This document shows positions 1 through 11,705 of a stretch of 32,000 nt of DNA, piece by piece (position 1 is the stretch's first letter; every line of letters begins with the position of its first letter). Both the position numbers and the translations under genes were made by a program. Location of the stretch: NCBI GenBank assembly GCA_963825645.1, contig CAWGTT010000002.1, forward strand, positions 831,123 to 863,122, in the 5' to 3' direction. A model generated the notes under the pieces. It made no database searches and was not told where the DNA came from. It was given only the letters and a program-made list of their open reading frames with translations. This stretch comes from an uncultured Actinomycetota bacterium (GTDB lineage Bacteria > Actinomycetota > Actinomycetes > Actinomycetales > Kineosporiaceae).

Positions 1-128
1 TGACCGGACGGCGTGCGCCGCACCCGACCAGCCTGCCACCGGCGCTGGTCTGGGGGCTGCTCGGCGTCGTCTTGGCGTTCTGGTTGCTCCGCAACCTGCC
101 CGGGATGGCCTGGCTTTCCCCGGCGTAG
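1..128 (+). CDS. 3' end of an upstream membrane-protein gene (partial; 5' end lies outside the window)
   Basis: Hand translation. The frame is open from the window edge to TAG at 126-128. It reads ...PALVWGLLGVVLAFWLLRNLPGMAWLSPA*, a hydrophobic C-terminal helix with GC-rich third positions. Too short for the ORF track and the family is not identifiable. Confidence 0.3.
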   Translation, partial: TGRRAPHPTSLPPALVWGLLGVVLAFWLLRNLPGMAWLSPA

Positions 129-137
129 CGACCCCCC

Positions 138-193
138 CTGGTGGACAGTTTCTCGAGGACACGCGGGCGTGTCCTCGAGAAACTGTCCACCAG
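138..193 (+). terminator. Perfect 26-bp-stem hairpin, probably an intrinsic terminator without a U-tract for the upstream gene
   Basis: CTGGTGGACAGTTTCTCGAGGACACG (138-163) and CGTGTCCTCGAGAAACTGTCCACCAG (168-193) are exact reverse complements around CGGG. The hairpin starts 10 nt after the stop at 126-128. No T-run follows it. Confidence 0.5.
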
Positions 194-205
194 AAACTCG
201 TTCGC

Positions 206-222
206 GAGTCATGGGATGACTC
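206..222. promoter_or_regulatory. Palindrome GAGTCAT-GGG-ATGACTC just upstream of the MFS start (candidate operator)
   Basis: 7-bp perfect arms with a 3-bp spacer, ending 16 nt before ATG 238. No regulator gene is visible in the window. Confidence 0.25.
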
Positions 223-237
223 TGTCAGGCTGGTCCG

Positions 238-1521
238 ATGGCTCTCGAGCGATATCGTCGCGTGCTCGGCCGGTCGGCCGTGCGCCGGTTGCTGTTGCTC
301 GGTTTCCTGGTCCGGACGCCAATCTTCGCCGGCGGCATCGTGCTCACCCTGCACGTCGTCTCCGGGCTTGGCCGAAGCTACGCCGCCGCCGGGCTGGTCT
401 CGGCGGCACTGACCCTGGCCATCGCGGTCAGCGGCCCATGGCGGGGCCGGCTGCTCGACCGGCTGGGGCTGCGCCGGGTCGTCGTCCCATCGCTCGTCAT
501 CGGCGCGGCCTGCTGGTCGATCGCACCGTTCAGCGGCTACTGGGTGCTGCTGGCCCTGGCGGCGGTTGCCGGTCTGTTCGTCATTCCGGTCTTCGTGATC
601 ATCAGGCAGGCGCTGATGTCCGCCGTGCCGGATGACGACCGGCGCACGGTGATCTCGCTGGACAGCTCAGCCGTGGAGCTGTCGTTCATGATCGGACCGG
701 CCCTGGCAGTCTGGGCCGCCACCACGTGGACGACCTCGTGGGTGCTGTTCGCGATCGAGATGACCGGCGTTGCGTTCGGCGTCGTGCTGTGGGTTGTCAA
801 CCCGAGGCTGCATCGCGAGCCGGCCGCGGGGGCCGAGGACGACGCGGCCGCGGCGCAGCGCACCGAGCTCGGGACGGCCGGTGTCGCGGTGCGCAGAGCG
901 GGGACCGTCCGGCGCTCGGAGTGGTTCCGCTCGGGGTTTCTCGCGGTCTGTCTGGCCGCAACGACCACCACGATCGTGCTTGCGGGCAGCGACATCGCGA
1001 TCGTCGCCGCGCTGCGCTCGTTCGGACAACCGGAGTCGATCGGCTGGGTGCTCGCGACCTGGGGCTTCGGGTCGCTGCTCGGCGGACTCTGGTACGGCGG
1101 GCTGCGCCGTTCGATCTCGGCGTTCTGGCTGCTCGCGGCCTTGGGGCTGGTCACGGTGCCGATGGGACTGGCCACCGGGGCGCTGTCGCTCGCCGTCCTG
1201 TCGTTCGTCGCCGGTCTGCTCTGCGCCCCGACCATCACGGCCACCGTGGACCAGGCCAGCCGCCTGGTTCCGGAACGCGTGCTCGGTGAGGCGATGGGCT
1301 GGCACGGTTCGTTCATGACCGCGGGGATGGCGCTCGGTGCGCCGTTGGCCGGGTTCGCGATCGACCAGGTCGGTTTCCCGGCCGGTTTCGCGCTGGTCGG
1401 GGCGATCGGCGTGCTGGTCGCTCTGCTGGGCGGTGCGGCGATCCGGACGCGTCGGGCGTGGGCGCGGGCCCCGCTCGCCGTGGAGCAACCCGGGGTCGAG
1501 GGTGCGCTCGCTGCCCCGTGA
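238..1521 (+). CDS. MFS transporter
   Basis: 427-aa ORF that is hydrophobic throughout, with about 12 helices and a central charged loop. MFS motif-A-like GRLLDRLGLRR follows helix 2. Confidence 0.85.
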   Translation: MALERYRRVLGRSAVRRLLLLGFLVRTPIFAGGIVLTLHVVSGLGRSYAAAGLVSAALTLAIAVSGPWRGRLLDRLGLRRVVVPSLVIGAACWSIAPFSGYWVLLALAAVAGLFVIPVFVIIRQALMSAVPDDDRRTVISLDSSAVELSFMIGPALAVWAATTWTTSWVLFAIEMTGVAFGVVLWVVNPRLHREPAAGAEDDAAAAQRTELGTAGVAVRRAGTVRRSEWFRSGFLAVCLAATTTTIVLAGSDIAIVAALRSFGQPESIGWVLATWGFGSLLGGLWYGGLRRSISAFWLLAALGLVTVPMGLATGALSLAVLSFVAGLLCAPTITATVDQASRLVPERVLGEAMGWHGSFMTAGMALGAPLAGFAIDQVGFPAGFALVGAIGVLVALLGGAAIRTRRAWARAPLAVEQPGVEGALAAP

Positions 1522-1731
1522 CCGGCGATCTCCTTCAGGGCCGGCGCTCTGGTAGCCAGGGCCCGTCCGTCACCGCCGACGCGAGCGAGCCACTCGGCGA
1601 CGACGACCACCCACCGCGCCCACGGTCAGGATGGCGAGGTAGAGCACTGCCGCTGCAAGGAACAGGAAGCGCATCAGCCCAGGCTGCCACGCCGTCGTCA
1701 CGCGCAGGTCGATCGGTCGGTTCCCGCCGGC

Positions 1732-5034
<3,303 letters not shown>

Positions 5035-5152
5035 CGCGTCCCCTATCTGCTCAAGCGGCTCGTCCCGTTTGTGCCAGGCTCGTGCCGAGGCTAGGCGACG
5101 CCACCGACAGAGTCCGCGACCCACACCGTGCGCCGGCCGAAATCGTTCGGGA

Positions 5153-6916
5153 TCAGGCCTGGACGGCGCGGCGCAGCCGCCGCCCGACCAGCTCGCTGGC
5201 CAGGCTCACCCCGAACGAGGTGACGAGCAACGTCGTGATCACGGGGAAGCGGAAGACCGCCAGGTTCTCGGCAAACAGGCGGCCCAGGCCGGCCGCCCCG
5301 ACCACGCCCACCACCGTGGTGTCCCGCACGCAGATCTCGAAGCGGTACAGCGTGTAGGTCAGCAAGTGGTGCGCGGACGGCGGAACCATCGCCGCGACAC
5401 TGGCCAGCCAGCGCGGGGTGCCCGCGGCGCGCAGCGCATCACGCGAGCGGGTGTCCAGGCTCTCCCAGGCCTCGGCGACCAGCCGACCCAGGATGCCGCC
5501 GGTGTACAGCCCGAGCGCCACGGCGCCGGGCAGCACACCAGGGAACAGCACGAGGAGAGCGATCACAGCCCACACCGTCGGCGGTACCGACCGCAGCACC
5601 AGCAGCACCGCTCGGGCCGCCGCCCAGGCGACGGCACGGGGCAAAGCCCGCCACCGCGACGTCCGCTCGTCGGAAGCACTCGGGCGGGGCCGGGCGGCAC
5701 ATGGACCGAACCCCAGGGTCAGCGCGACGGCGACCGCCATGGCCAGCACTGCCATGGCCACCGTGTCGGCGACGGCGCCCCACAGCTGCGGCCACCCGCC
5801 GGCCGGCAGGGCCGGCGGCCAGAGGTCATCGACCAGCCGCCCGAACAGCTGCCGGGTGCGCGGAGACGTGAGCCCGGACACCGAGACGTCCGAGACCATC
5901 CATGCCGGTATCAGCGCCGCAACGGCCACCGCCGCCGAGCCGCGCACCCAGCGCGCGGCGTCGGCCCCGCCACCGCGCAGCGAGCTGCGCCGGCGCACTG
6001 CGCCCCGCTCCCGGCCACCGGACCAGTCCGAGCAGGTGACCACCGCCAGGTCGGCCCGCAGCCGCGAGCTCCACAGGTCCACCGCCGCCGACAGCGCCAA
6101 CACCGCGCCGATGAGCGTCCACACCTCGTCCCAGTTGCGAGACTGCAGGCTGACCACGAGCTCCTGGCCCAGCCCGCCCACCCCGACGACGCCCAGGATC
6201 ACCGCGGAGCGAATCGCGCATTCGAAGCGGTAGAACGAGTACGACAGCAGCAGCGGCGCCGCTCCCGGCAGCAGCGCGTAGCCGAGCGCCGGTACGGGCC
6301 GGGCCCCGGCCGTGCGCAGTGCCGTCAGCGGGCGACGCGGAACGCCGTCCAGCGTCTCGCCGAACACCTTCGCGGTCTGGGCACCGAACGGGACCGCGAT
6401 GGCGAGCACCGCCACCAGGGGGTCGAGCCCGAGCACGCTGACGAACAGCAGCGCCCAGACCAGCTCGTGGATCGAGCGGACCGCGACCAGGACGCCCCGG
6501 AGCACCAGACGCACCAGGCGCAGCGGCCAGGGGGGCGTGCGATCCCAGGCGACATCGCTGAGGACCAGCCCGCCCACCGCACCGATCACCAGGGCACCGG
6601 CCGTGCCCAGTGCGGCGTACACCACCGTCACCACAGCAGCGTCCAGCACCAGGGCGAGGAAGTCCGGTGCCAGCGCCGGTCGGGCCGCCGATGCCAGTAG
6701 GCGGCCGAGGAGCGGCAGGCCGCCCGGGTTGACCAGGTCCGTCCCGCCCGGCGACCCGAGCGGGATGGCCCGCTGCAGGGACCAGCCGAGGGGAACGGCG
6801 ACGAGCAGCACAGCGACCAGCCGGCGCGCGGCGACCGCGCCCGCGGTCACCCGCTGCCGCGGCGCCGAGTGCTCGACCTGCGGGCGGGAGTCGGGGGGAT
6901 CGAGCTGGATGGTCAT
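5153..6916 (-). CDS. phnE: Phosphonate-type ABC transporter permease, tandem-fused PhnE-PhnE
   Basis: 587-aa ORF with two consecutive multi-helix permease halves. Each half has a PhnE-like cytoplasmic loop (..ALRTAGARPV.. and ..ALRAAGTPRW..). The ATG overlaps the phnC stop (ATGA at 6913-6916). Confidence 0.8.
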   Translation of the reverse strand: MTIQLDPPDSRPQVEHSAPRQRVTAGAVAARRLVAVLLVAVPLGWSLQRAIPLGSPGGTDLVNPGGLPLLGRLLASAARPALAPDFLALVLDAAVVTVVYAALGTAGALVIGAVGGLVLSDVAWDRTPPWPLRLVRLVLRGVLVAVRSIHELVWALLFVSVLGLDPLVAVLAIAVPFGAQTAKVFGETLDGVPRRPLTALRTAGARPVPALGYALLPGAAPLLLSYSFYRFECAIRSAVILGVVGVGGLGQELVVSLQSRNWDEVWTLIGAVLALSAAVDLWSSRLRADLAVVTCSDWSGGRERGAVRRRSSLRGGGADAARWVRGSAAVAVAALIPAWMVSDVSVSGLTSPRTRQLFGRLVDDLWPPALPAGGWPQLWGAVADTVAMAVLAMAVAVALTLGFGPCAARPRPSASDERTSRWRALPRAVAWAAARAVLLVLRSVPPTVWAVIALLVLFPGVLPGAVALGLYTGGILGRLVAEAWESLDTRSRDALRAAGTPRWLASVAAMVPPSAHHLLTYTLYRFEICVRDTTVVGVVGAAGLGRLFAENLAVFRFPVITTLLVTSFGVSLASELVGRRLRRAVQA

Positions 6917-7659
6917 GTGAACGCGTAGAGGTCGTCCAGCAGAGCGTCGTCGAGCTGGTCCGTGGGACGGTCGAAGGCGACCCGTCCCCGCCGCAGGCCG
7001 ACAGCCCTGGTGCAGTGCCGGCGAGCCAGCTCGGGCTGGTGCAGGGTGACGACGATCGTCGCCTGGTCGGCCGGAGCCTGAAGCAGCCGCAGGATCTCGG
7101 CGGCCCGCGGTGGATCGAGGCTGGACACCGGCTCGTCGGCGAGCACCAGCTCCGGCTCCTGTACCAGCAGCCGGGCGATGGCGACCCGCTGCCGCTCGCC
7201 GCCGGAGAGCCGCTCGGTGCGCTCGTGGACGGCCCAGTCCAGCCCGACCCGGCCCAGGACGTCGGTCACGGTCCGGTCAGGTTGGGGCCAAGCCAGGGCG
7301 ACCAGGGACCGGGCACTGCTCCAGTGACCGAGCCGACCGGCGTTGACGTTGTGCAGCACCCTGACCTGGTCTACGAGGTCGAGCCGCTGCGAGATCGTGC
7401 CGATCCTGCGCTGCAGCGAGCGCAGCCTGGACGGCGACAGCGAGGCCAGCTCACTGCCGAGCACTTCGACCACTCCCGAGGTCGCCGGCAGCGACCCGTT
7501 CAGCAAGGCCAGCAGCGTGCTCTTGCCGGCTCCACTGGTGCCCAGGACGGCGAGGCGCTCGCCGCGCGTCACGGTCAGATCGACGTCCTCGAGCGCCACC
7601 TGCGCACCGAACCGCCGCCCGGCACCCCGCAGCCGGACGACGGGCGGCGTCTCACTCAC
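6913..7659 (-). CDS. phnC: Phosphonate-type ABC transporter ATP-binding protein
   Basis: Walker A GTSGAGKST, signature LSGGERQR, Walker B LVLADEP. Start placed at GTG 7659, which forms a GTGA overlap with the phnD stop. The longer ORF-track start (7890) would overlap phnD by 230 nt. Confidence 0.85.
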   Translation of the reverse strand: MSETPPVVRLRGAGRRFGAQVALEDVDLTVTRGERLAVLGTSGAGKSTLLALLNGSLPATSGVVEVLGSELASLSPSRLRSLQRRIGTISQRLDLVDQVRVLHNVNAGRLGHWSSARSLVALAWPQPDRTVTDVLGRVGLDWAVHERTERLSGGERQRVAIARLLVQEPELVLADEPVSSLDPPRAAEILRLLQAPADQATIVVTLHQPELARRHCTRAVGLRRGRVAFDRPTDQLDDALLDDLYAFT

Positions 7660-8591
7660 GCCAGCAGCCCTTGGTCCTTCGCCACAGCCTCGATCTGGTC
7701 GTAGTTGGCGTTCACGGTGGGCACGAACGACTCGGCGCCGAACAGCTCCAGGATGGCCTTGTCCTCGGGCGTGGAGCTGTCGAGACCGAGCAGCAGGTCG
7801 GTGACCTTCGCTGTGGTCCCGGCACCGAATCGCTCGTCGAGGTCGGGGCGCGCCAGCCAGTGGTAGTCGGCGTAACCCGGTGTGCGCCACAGCACGACGA
7901 CCTTGCCAAGGTCGACCTCGCCGGCGTTGCGCACCTTCGCCCAGACCTGTTCGTTGACCGCGCCGACCTCGAAGCTGCCCGCGGCGACCGCCTCTATGGT
8001 CGCGTCGTGCGAGCCGGAGAACCCGGGCTTGCCTTTGAGCTCGGCCTGGTCCAGTCCCGCTTGCTGCATGAAGTACTGCGGCATCAGCCGTCCCGAGGTC
8101 GACGTCTCGCTGCCGAAGGTGAGGGTGTGTCCGGCCAGACTCTTCAGCCCGGCGACATCGTCGAAGGGTGCCAACCCAGACGCGGTGTTCGCGATGAACA
8201 GGCTGTGGAACTCCGCGTCGATGTCACGCTGGGCGATGGCCGTCGCACCCGGCACCCGTGAGCGGGCCTGGACTCCGGTGAGCCCGCCCATCCAGGCCAG
8301 CTGGACGTCGCCGACCTCGAAGGCGCGGACCACCGCCGTGTAGTCGGTCACCGGCTTGTAGCTGGCCTGCACACCACTCGCCTCGGCAAAGCGCTTGGCC
8401 ACCAACGGGTACAGCCGGTTCAGCAGCTCAGGGTCCTGGTCCGGGATCGCAGAGATGCTCAGCGGCCCGCCGGGAGCCGCGGCGTCGTCGGCCGACCCGG
8501 AGGCCTCGGGCTGGTCGTCGTTGCCGCAGGCGGCCACCAGGACTAGCCCGATCGAACCGAGCAGCACGCTACGACGGGGGACATGGGTCAT
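7656..8591 (-). CDS. phnD: PhnD-family (phosphate/phosphite/phosphonate) ABC substrate-binding lipoprotein
   Basis: Start at ATG 8591, preceded by AGGAGG. Signal peptide with lipobox (LVLVAAC). PhnD-like blocks are ISAIPDQDP, LAWMGGLTGVQA and FGSETSTSGRLMP. Confidence 0.85.
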   Translation of the reverse strand: MTHVPRRSVLLGSIGLVLVAACGNDDQPEASGSADDAAAPGGPLSISAIPDQDPELLNRLYPLVAKRFAEASGVQASYKPVTDYTAVVRAFEVGDVQLAWMGGLTGVQARSRVPGATAIAQRDIDAEFHSLFIANTASGLAPFDDVAGLKSLAGHTLTFGSETSTSGRLMPQYFMQQAGLDQAELKGKPGFSGSHDATIEAVAAGSFEVGAVNEQVWAKVRNAGEVDLGKVVVLWRTPGYADYHWLARPDLDERFGAGTTAKVTDLLLGLDSSTPEDKAILELFGAESFVPTVNANYDQIEAVAKDQGLLA

Positions 8592-8658
8592 CGATGTTCC
8601 TCCTGGTCGGTGGATGGGTGAGGTGGACGGGTTTCGAGACGCGCGAGCCCCGGTCGGG

Positions 8659-9759
8659 TCAGGCGCAGCGGAACACCTCTCGGCCGGAGCGGGCGGCCGC
8701 ATCCTGGACGGCGAGCGTGTCGCGGACCACGCCGAACACCTCCTCGAGCGGGAGCGGCGCGTCGGCGATCCGCAGGTTGGGGTTGGTCACCGCCACCGGG
8801 TGCCACCAGGCGCCGTCTGCGGTGATGGTGGGTTCCGGCTCGATCGTGTCGATCGACACGTGGACCCCGCTGTCGGCGAAGCCCTCCTCGGCCACCGGCC
8901 GGATCAGCCGGTCCTCGAGGTCGATGCCCTCGGCGTCGAGGCGGCGGTGCAGCGCGCGGACACCGTCCGGGTCCTCCTCGTACAGCGTGGCGGCCACCCG
9001 GACCCGGAAGCCCAGTTCGCGGGCCTGGCCGATCCCGGCCAGGGCGCGAGCCCAGGACCCGGCTCCGCGCTGCCGGTCGTGCAGGTCGGGGGTTGCCGAG
9101 TCCAGGCTCACCTGAAGGAGGACGGACCGGTCCATCTGCTCCAGTCTCTGCCGGCGGGCACCGCGGCCGAAGATCATCGCGTTGGTCAGGATCGTCCGGT
9201 CCAGGCCGGCGGCCGCCGCGACGAGCTCGCCGATTTCGGGATGCATGAACGGCTCGCCGCCGGTGAAGAACACCTCCCGCCCGCCGAGCGAGGCGAACTC
9301 CGTGAAAGCGGCGCGCGCCACCGACGGCTCCAACCGACGGGAGGCGGCCTTGGGGGAGGACTGGGCGCAGCAGTAGCCGCAGGCAAGGTTGCAGTCGAAG
9401 TTCGTGTAGGCCCACAACCGGTGCCCGACCGGCGTCCTCTCGCCGCGGCTGAACAGGGTCTGCGGGACGGCGCCGGCGGTGACCTTGCGGACCGCGAACC
9501 ACCACGGCCCGTCCGGTGCCTCGGCCACCCGGGCGCTGACCTGATGCCCGACCAGGTCGGCCCAGACCGGAAGGTCGGTGACGACGGACGCCTCGGCGCT
9601 GCGGATACCGAGGATCTGGCCGCTGTCGAGCCGGCGCATAGCCCGGGTGATCAGTAGCAGCAGCCCGCTGCCGCAGTCCATGTCGCCGCCGTCGACCAGC
9701 GCGGCGATCGGGCCGAGAGGCGTGTCGACCGACGGCCCGGATCGCGCCTGCCTATCCAT
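8659..9759 (-). CDS. Radical SAM protein with an N-terminal TusA/SirA-like domain
   Basis: CxxxCxxC cluster motif NFDCNLACGYCCA, GGE motif FFTGGEPF, and a TIM-barrel-like remainder. Residues ~25-95 (DMDCGSGLLLLITRAMRRLDSGQILGIRSAEASVVTDLPVWADLVGHQV...WWFAVRK) follow the TusA-fold pattern. No Cys-rich SPASM tail. Lies 67 nt upstream of phnD on the same strand. Confidence 0.8.
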   Translation of the reverse strand: MDRQARSGPSVDTPLGPIAALVDGGDMDCGSGLLLLITRAMRRLDSGQILGIRSAEASVVTDLPVWADLVGHQVSARVAEAPDGPWWFAVRKVTAGAVPQTLFSRGERTPVGHRLWAYTNFDCNLACGYCCAQSSPKAASRRLEPSVARAAFTEFASLGGREVFFTGGEPFMHPEIGELVAAAAGLDRTILTNAMIFGRGARRQRLEQMDRSVLLQVSLDSATPDLHDRQRGAGSWARALAGIGQARELGFRVRVAATLYEEDPDGVRALHRRLDAEGIDLEDRLIRPVAEEGFADSGVHVSIDTIEPEPTITADGAWWHPVAVTNPNLRIADAPLPLEEVFGVVRDTLAVQDAAARSGREVFRCA

Positions 9760-9861
9760 GACCCCACTCTAGGAAGTGCAGGCCGGCGACAAGGCCCGTC
9801 AAGTCTGACGATTCGATGACGTGTGCTGGGCAGTGTCGGCTCGGCGTACTAGCGTCGTCGC

Positions 9862-10584
9862 ATGACAGACCCCGGCACCGGCATCACCGCTACGAATCCT
9901 TCTGACACGAATCCTTCTGAGACGGACACTTCCGAGACGGGTCCTTCTGACCCGTGGCGACCGGGGGACCCCGCGGCGCGCAAGGACTTCTGGGACGGCG
10001 TGCACGGCAACAAGGACGTCGACGGCGTCTCCTGGTGGCAGTCGGTGCCCGAGCTTTCCCTGGGGCTGGTCGATTCGACGCAGATCGCGCGCGACGAGCC
10101 CGTCATCGACGTGGGCGCGGGCTGGTCCACCCTGGTCGACCACCTGCTGGAGCGCGGCTACCAGGACCTCACCGCCGTCGACCTGTCGATCACGGCGCTG
10201 AACACCGTGCGGGACCGGCTCGGCCCGGCCGGCGCCGACGTCGTCCTCATCGTCGCCGACGTCCTGGACCTGCAGCTCGGACGGCGTTTCGCGCTCTGGC
10301 ACGACCGGGCGGTCTACCACTTCCTCACCGAGCCCGACGAGCGCGCCGACTACCTCGCCTCTCTAGAACGATCCCTGCGCCCGCGGGGGTGGGTGGTCGT
10401 CGCGACGTTCGGCCCGGACGGGCCGACCACCTGCAGCGGACTGCCCATCGTGCGCTACACCCATGAGGCCCTGGCGGCCGAGTTCCCCGGGTACGAACTG
10501 GTGGCCACCAGCGGTGAGGACCACGTCACCCCGTGGGGCAGCACCCAACAGTTCACCGCTGTGTTGCTGCGCCGGGAAGGGTAA
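9862..10584 (+). CDS. Class I SAM-dependent methyltransferase (TehB/Tpm-like small-molecule type)
   Basis: Motif I VIDVGAGWSTL, acidic post-I residue (AVDLS), and motif II-III region IVADVLDL / ALWHDRAVYHF. The N-terminal ~30 aa are a repeat-encoded disordered extension. Confidence 0.8.
   Translation: MTDPGTGITATNPSDTNPSETDTSETGPSDPWRPGDPAARKDFWDGVHGNKDVDGVSWWQSVPELSLGLVDSTQIARDEPVIDVGAGWSTLVDHLLERGYQDLTAVDLSITALNTVRDRLGPAGADVVLIVADVLDLQLGRRFALWHDRAVYHFLTEPDERADYLASLERSLRPRGWVVVATFGPDGPTTCSGLPIVRYTHEALAAEFPGYELVATSGEDHVTPWGSTQQFTAVLLRREG
9892..9951 (+). repeat. 4 x 15-bp in-frame tandem repeat inside the methyltransferase 5' end
   Basis: ACGAATCCTTCTGAC / ACGAATCCTTCTGAG / ACGGACACTTCCGAG / ACGGGTCCTTCTGAC, encoding TNPSD-TNPSE-TDTSE-TGPSD. 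Confidence 0.85.
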
Positions 10585-10701
10585 GGCTCTGTTCAGGGTT
10601 TCCGGCTCGACAACAACTAGGTTCCTGACAAACGTCCACGGACCCATCGGCCCTCGACCGCCGCCATCGCGACGGAACGCGAGCCGAGAAGCGAGGAGCT
10701 C

Positions 10702-11259
10702 ATGCCGGACGTCACCGCAGCGGCGACCAAACCCGCTACGGACCCGCCCGAAGCGCTGGACACCGGGCGGACCAGCCGTGCACTGATCGCCGGCGTCCGC
10801 ATCGCGGTCGCGCTGATGTGGATCCAGAACCTGAACTGGAAGATCCCGCCGGACTTCGGCCGCGACCGCGGGGCCGACCTGTACTCCTATGTGCAGGAGG
10901 CGGTGACCCACCCCGTGCTCCCCCCGTACACCTGGGTGGTGGAGAACGTCGTGCTGCCGAACTTCATCGTGTTCGGCTACATCACGCTGCTCACCGAGTT
11001 CGCGCTGGGGGTCTTCCTGCTCACCGGTCTGCTCACCCGGCTGTGGGCCCTGGTCGGGATCGCGCAAGTCCTGGCAATCACCTTCTCGGTGCTCAACACG
11101 CCGAATGAGTGGCACTGGTCCTACTACCTGATGCTCGCTGTCCACGTCGTCCTGCTGGCGACGGCGGCCGGTCGCGCGCATGGGCTGGACGGTCTGCTGA
11201 GACCGCTCTGGCGTCGATCGGATAGCCGGCTCGCGCGCTGGGCGGTGATGGCGTCATGA
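10702..11259 (+). CDS. DoxX-family membrane protein
   Basis: GAGGAG sits 4 nt upstream of the ATG. Four hydrophobic helices with a DoxX/DoxD-like layout (..IAVALMWIQN.., ..FGYITLLTEFALGVFLLTGLLTRLWALVG..). Family call is from memory of the fold pattern. Confidence 0.65.
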   Translation: MPDVTAAATKPATDPPEALDTGRTSRALIAGVRIAVALMWIQNLNWKIPPDFGRDRGADLYSYVQEAVTHPVLPPYTWVVENVVLPNFIVFGYITLLTEFALGVFLLTGLLTRLWALVGIAQVLAITFSVLNTPNEWHWSYYLMLAVHVVLLATAAGRAHGLDGLLRPLWRRSDSRLARWAVMAS

Positions 11260-11672
11260 CCGCCTCCGGTACGGGTCCGGCCGCTCGGTCCGCCCACTCT
11301 GGTGCCGTGGCCTCCGTGCTGGGTCCCGGATGGGACGGCGCCACCGCGCGGCGCGCCCGATGGCTCGCCGCCGGTACCGCGGCGTCCGCGATGTTCGCGG
11401 CCATCAGCTACGAGCCACTGCGCCTGGTCACCGTCTCGGTCCAGCTCGCGGTCGTGCTGGTCGTCGCCGGGGTGCTCACCGCGGTCGCCGCGCAGACTCG
11501 GCGTCCGGTCCTGATCGCGGTGGTCGGCGCCGTCCTGCTGCTACTCGGGCTGTACAGGCTGGCCACCTACGGGTACGGCTCGGCCGGCATCGGCGGCGCG
11601 TCGTCCACCGCGGCCCTGCTCACCGCACTGGGGATCGCGCACCTCGGAATCCTCGCCGCCCGGCGCGGCTGA
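11256..11672 (+). CDS. Hypothetical small membrane protein, translationally coupled to DoxX
   Basis: ATGA start/stop overlap at 11256-11259. 138 aa with 3-4 hydrophobic helices. No recognisable motif. Confidence 0.55.
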   Translation: MTASGTGPAARSAHSGAVASVLGPGWDGATARRARWLAAGTAASAMFAAISYEPLRLVTVSVQLAVVLVVAGVLTAVAAQTRRPVLIAVVGAVLLLLGLYRLATYGYGSAGIGGASSTAALLTALGIAHLGILAARRG

Positions 11673-11705
11673 GGAAGCCGTCGAGGACGTGGACTGCTGC
11701 AGCGG

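Noticed and set aside
1570-1674. 34-aa minus-strand small ORF (MRFLFLAAAVLYLAILTVGAVGGRRRRVARSRRR) in the MFS/helicase convergent gap
   Set aside because: The layout of a hydrophobic helix plus a poly-Arg tail is attractive. However, there is no convincing SD and it sits in a terminator-type gap. Short ORFs like this arise easily in GC-rich DNA. It would need ribosome profiling or conservation evidence.
6913-7890. Long 325-aa version of phnC from the ORF track
   Set aside because: The first 77 residues are Arg-rich non-protein-like sequence overlapping phnD by about 230 nt. GTG 7659 gives a canonical GTGA coupling and a normal-length ABC ATPase.
8609-8627. PHO-box-like direct repeat (TCCACC-N7-TCCACC on the minus strand) upstream of phnD
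   Set aside because: The spacing is 13 nt, not the 11-nt periodicity of actinobacterial PhoP boxes. The core differs from GTTCACC, and there are only two short hexamers.
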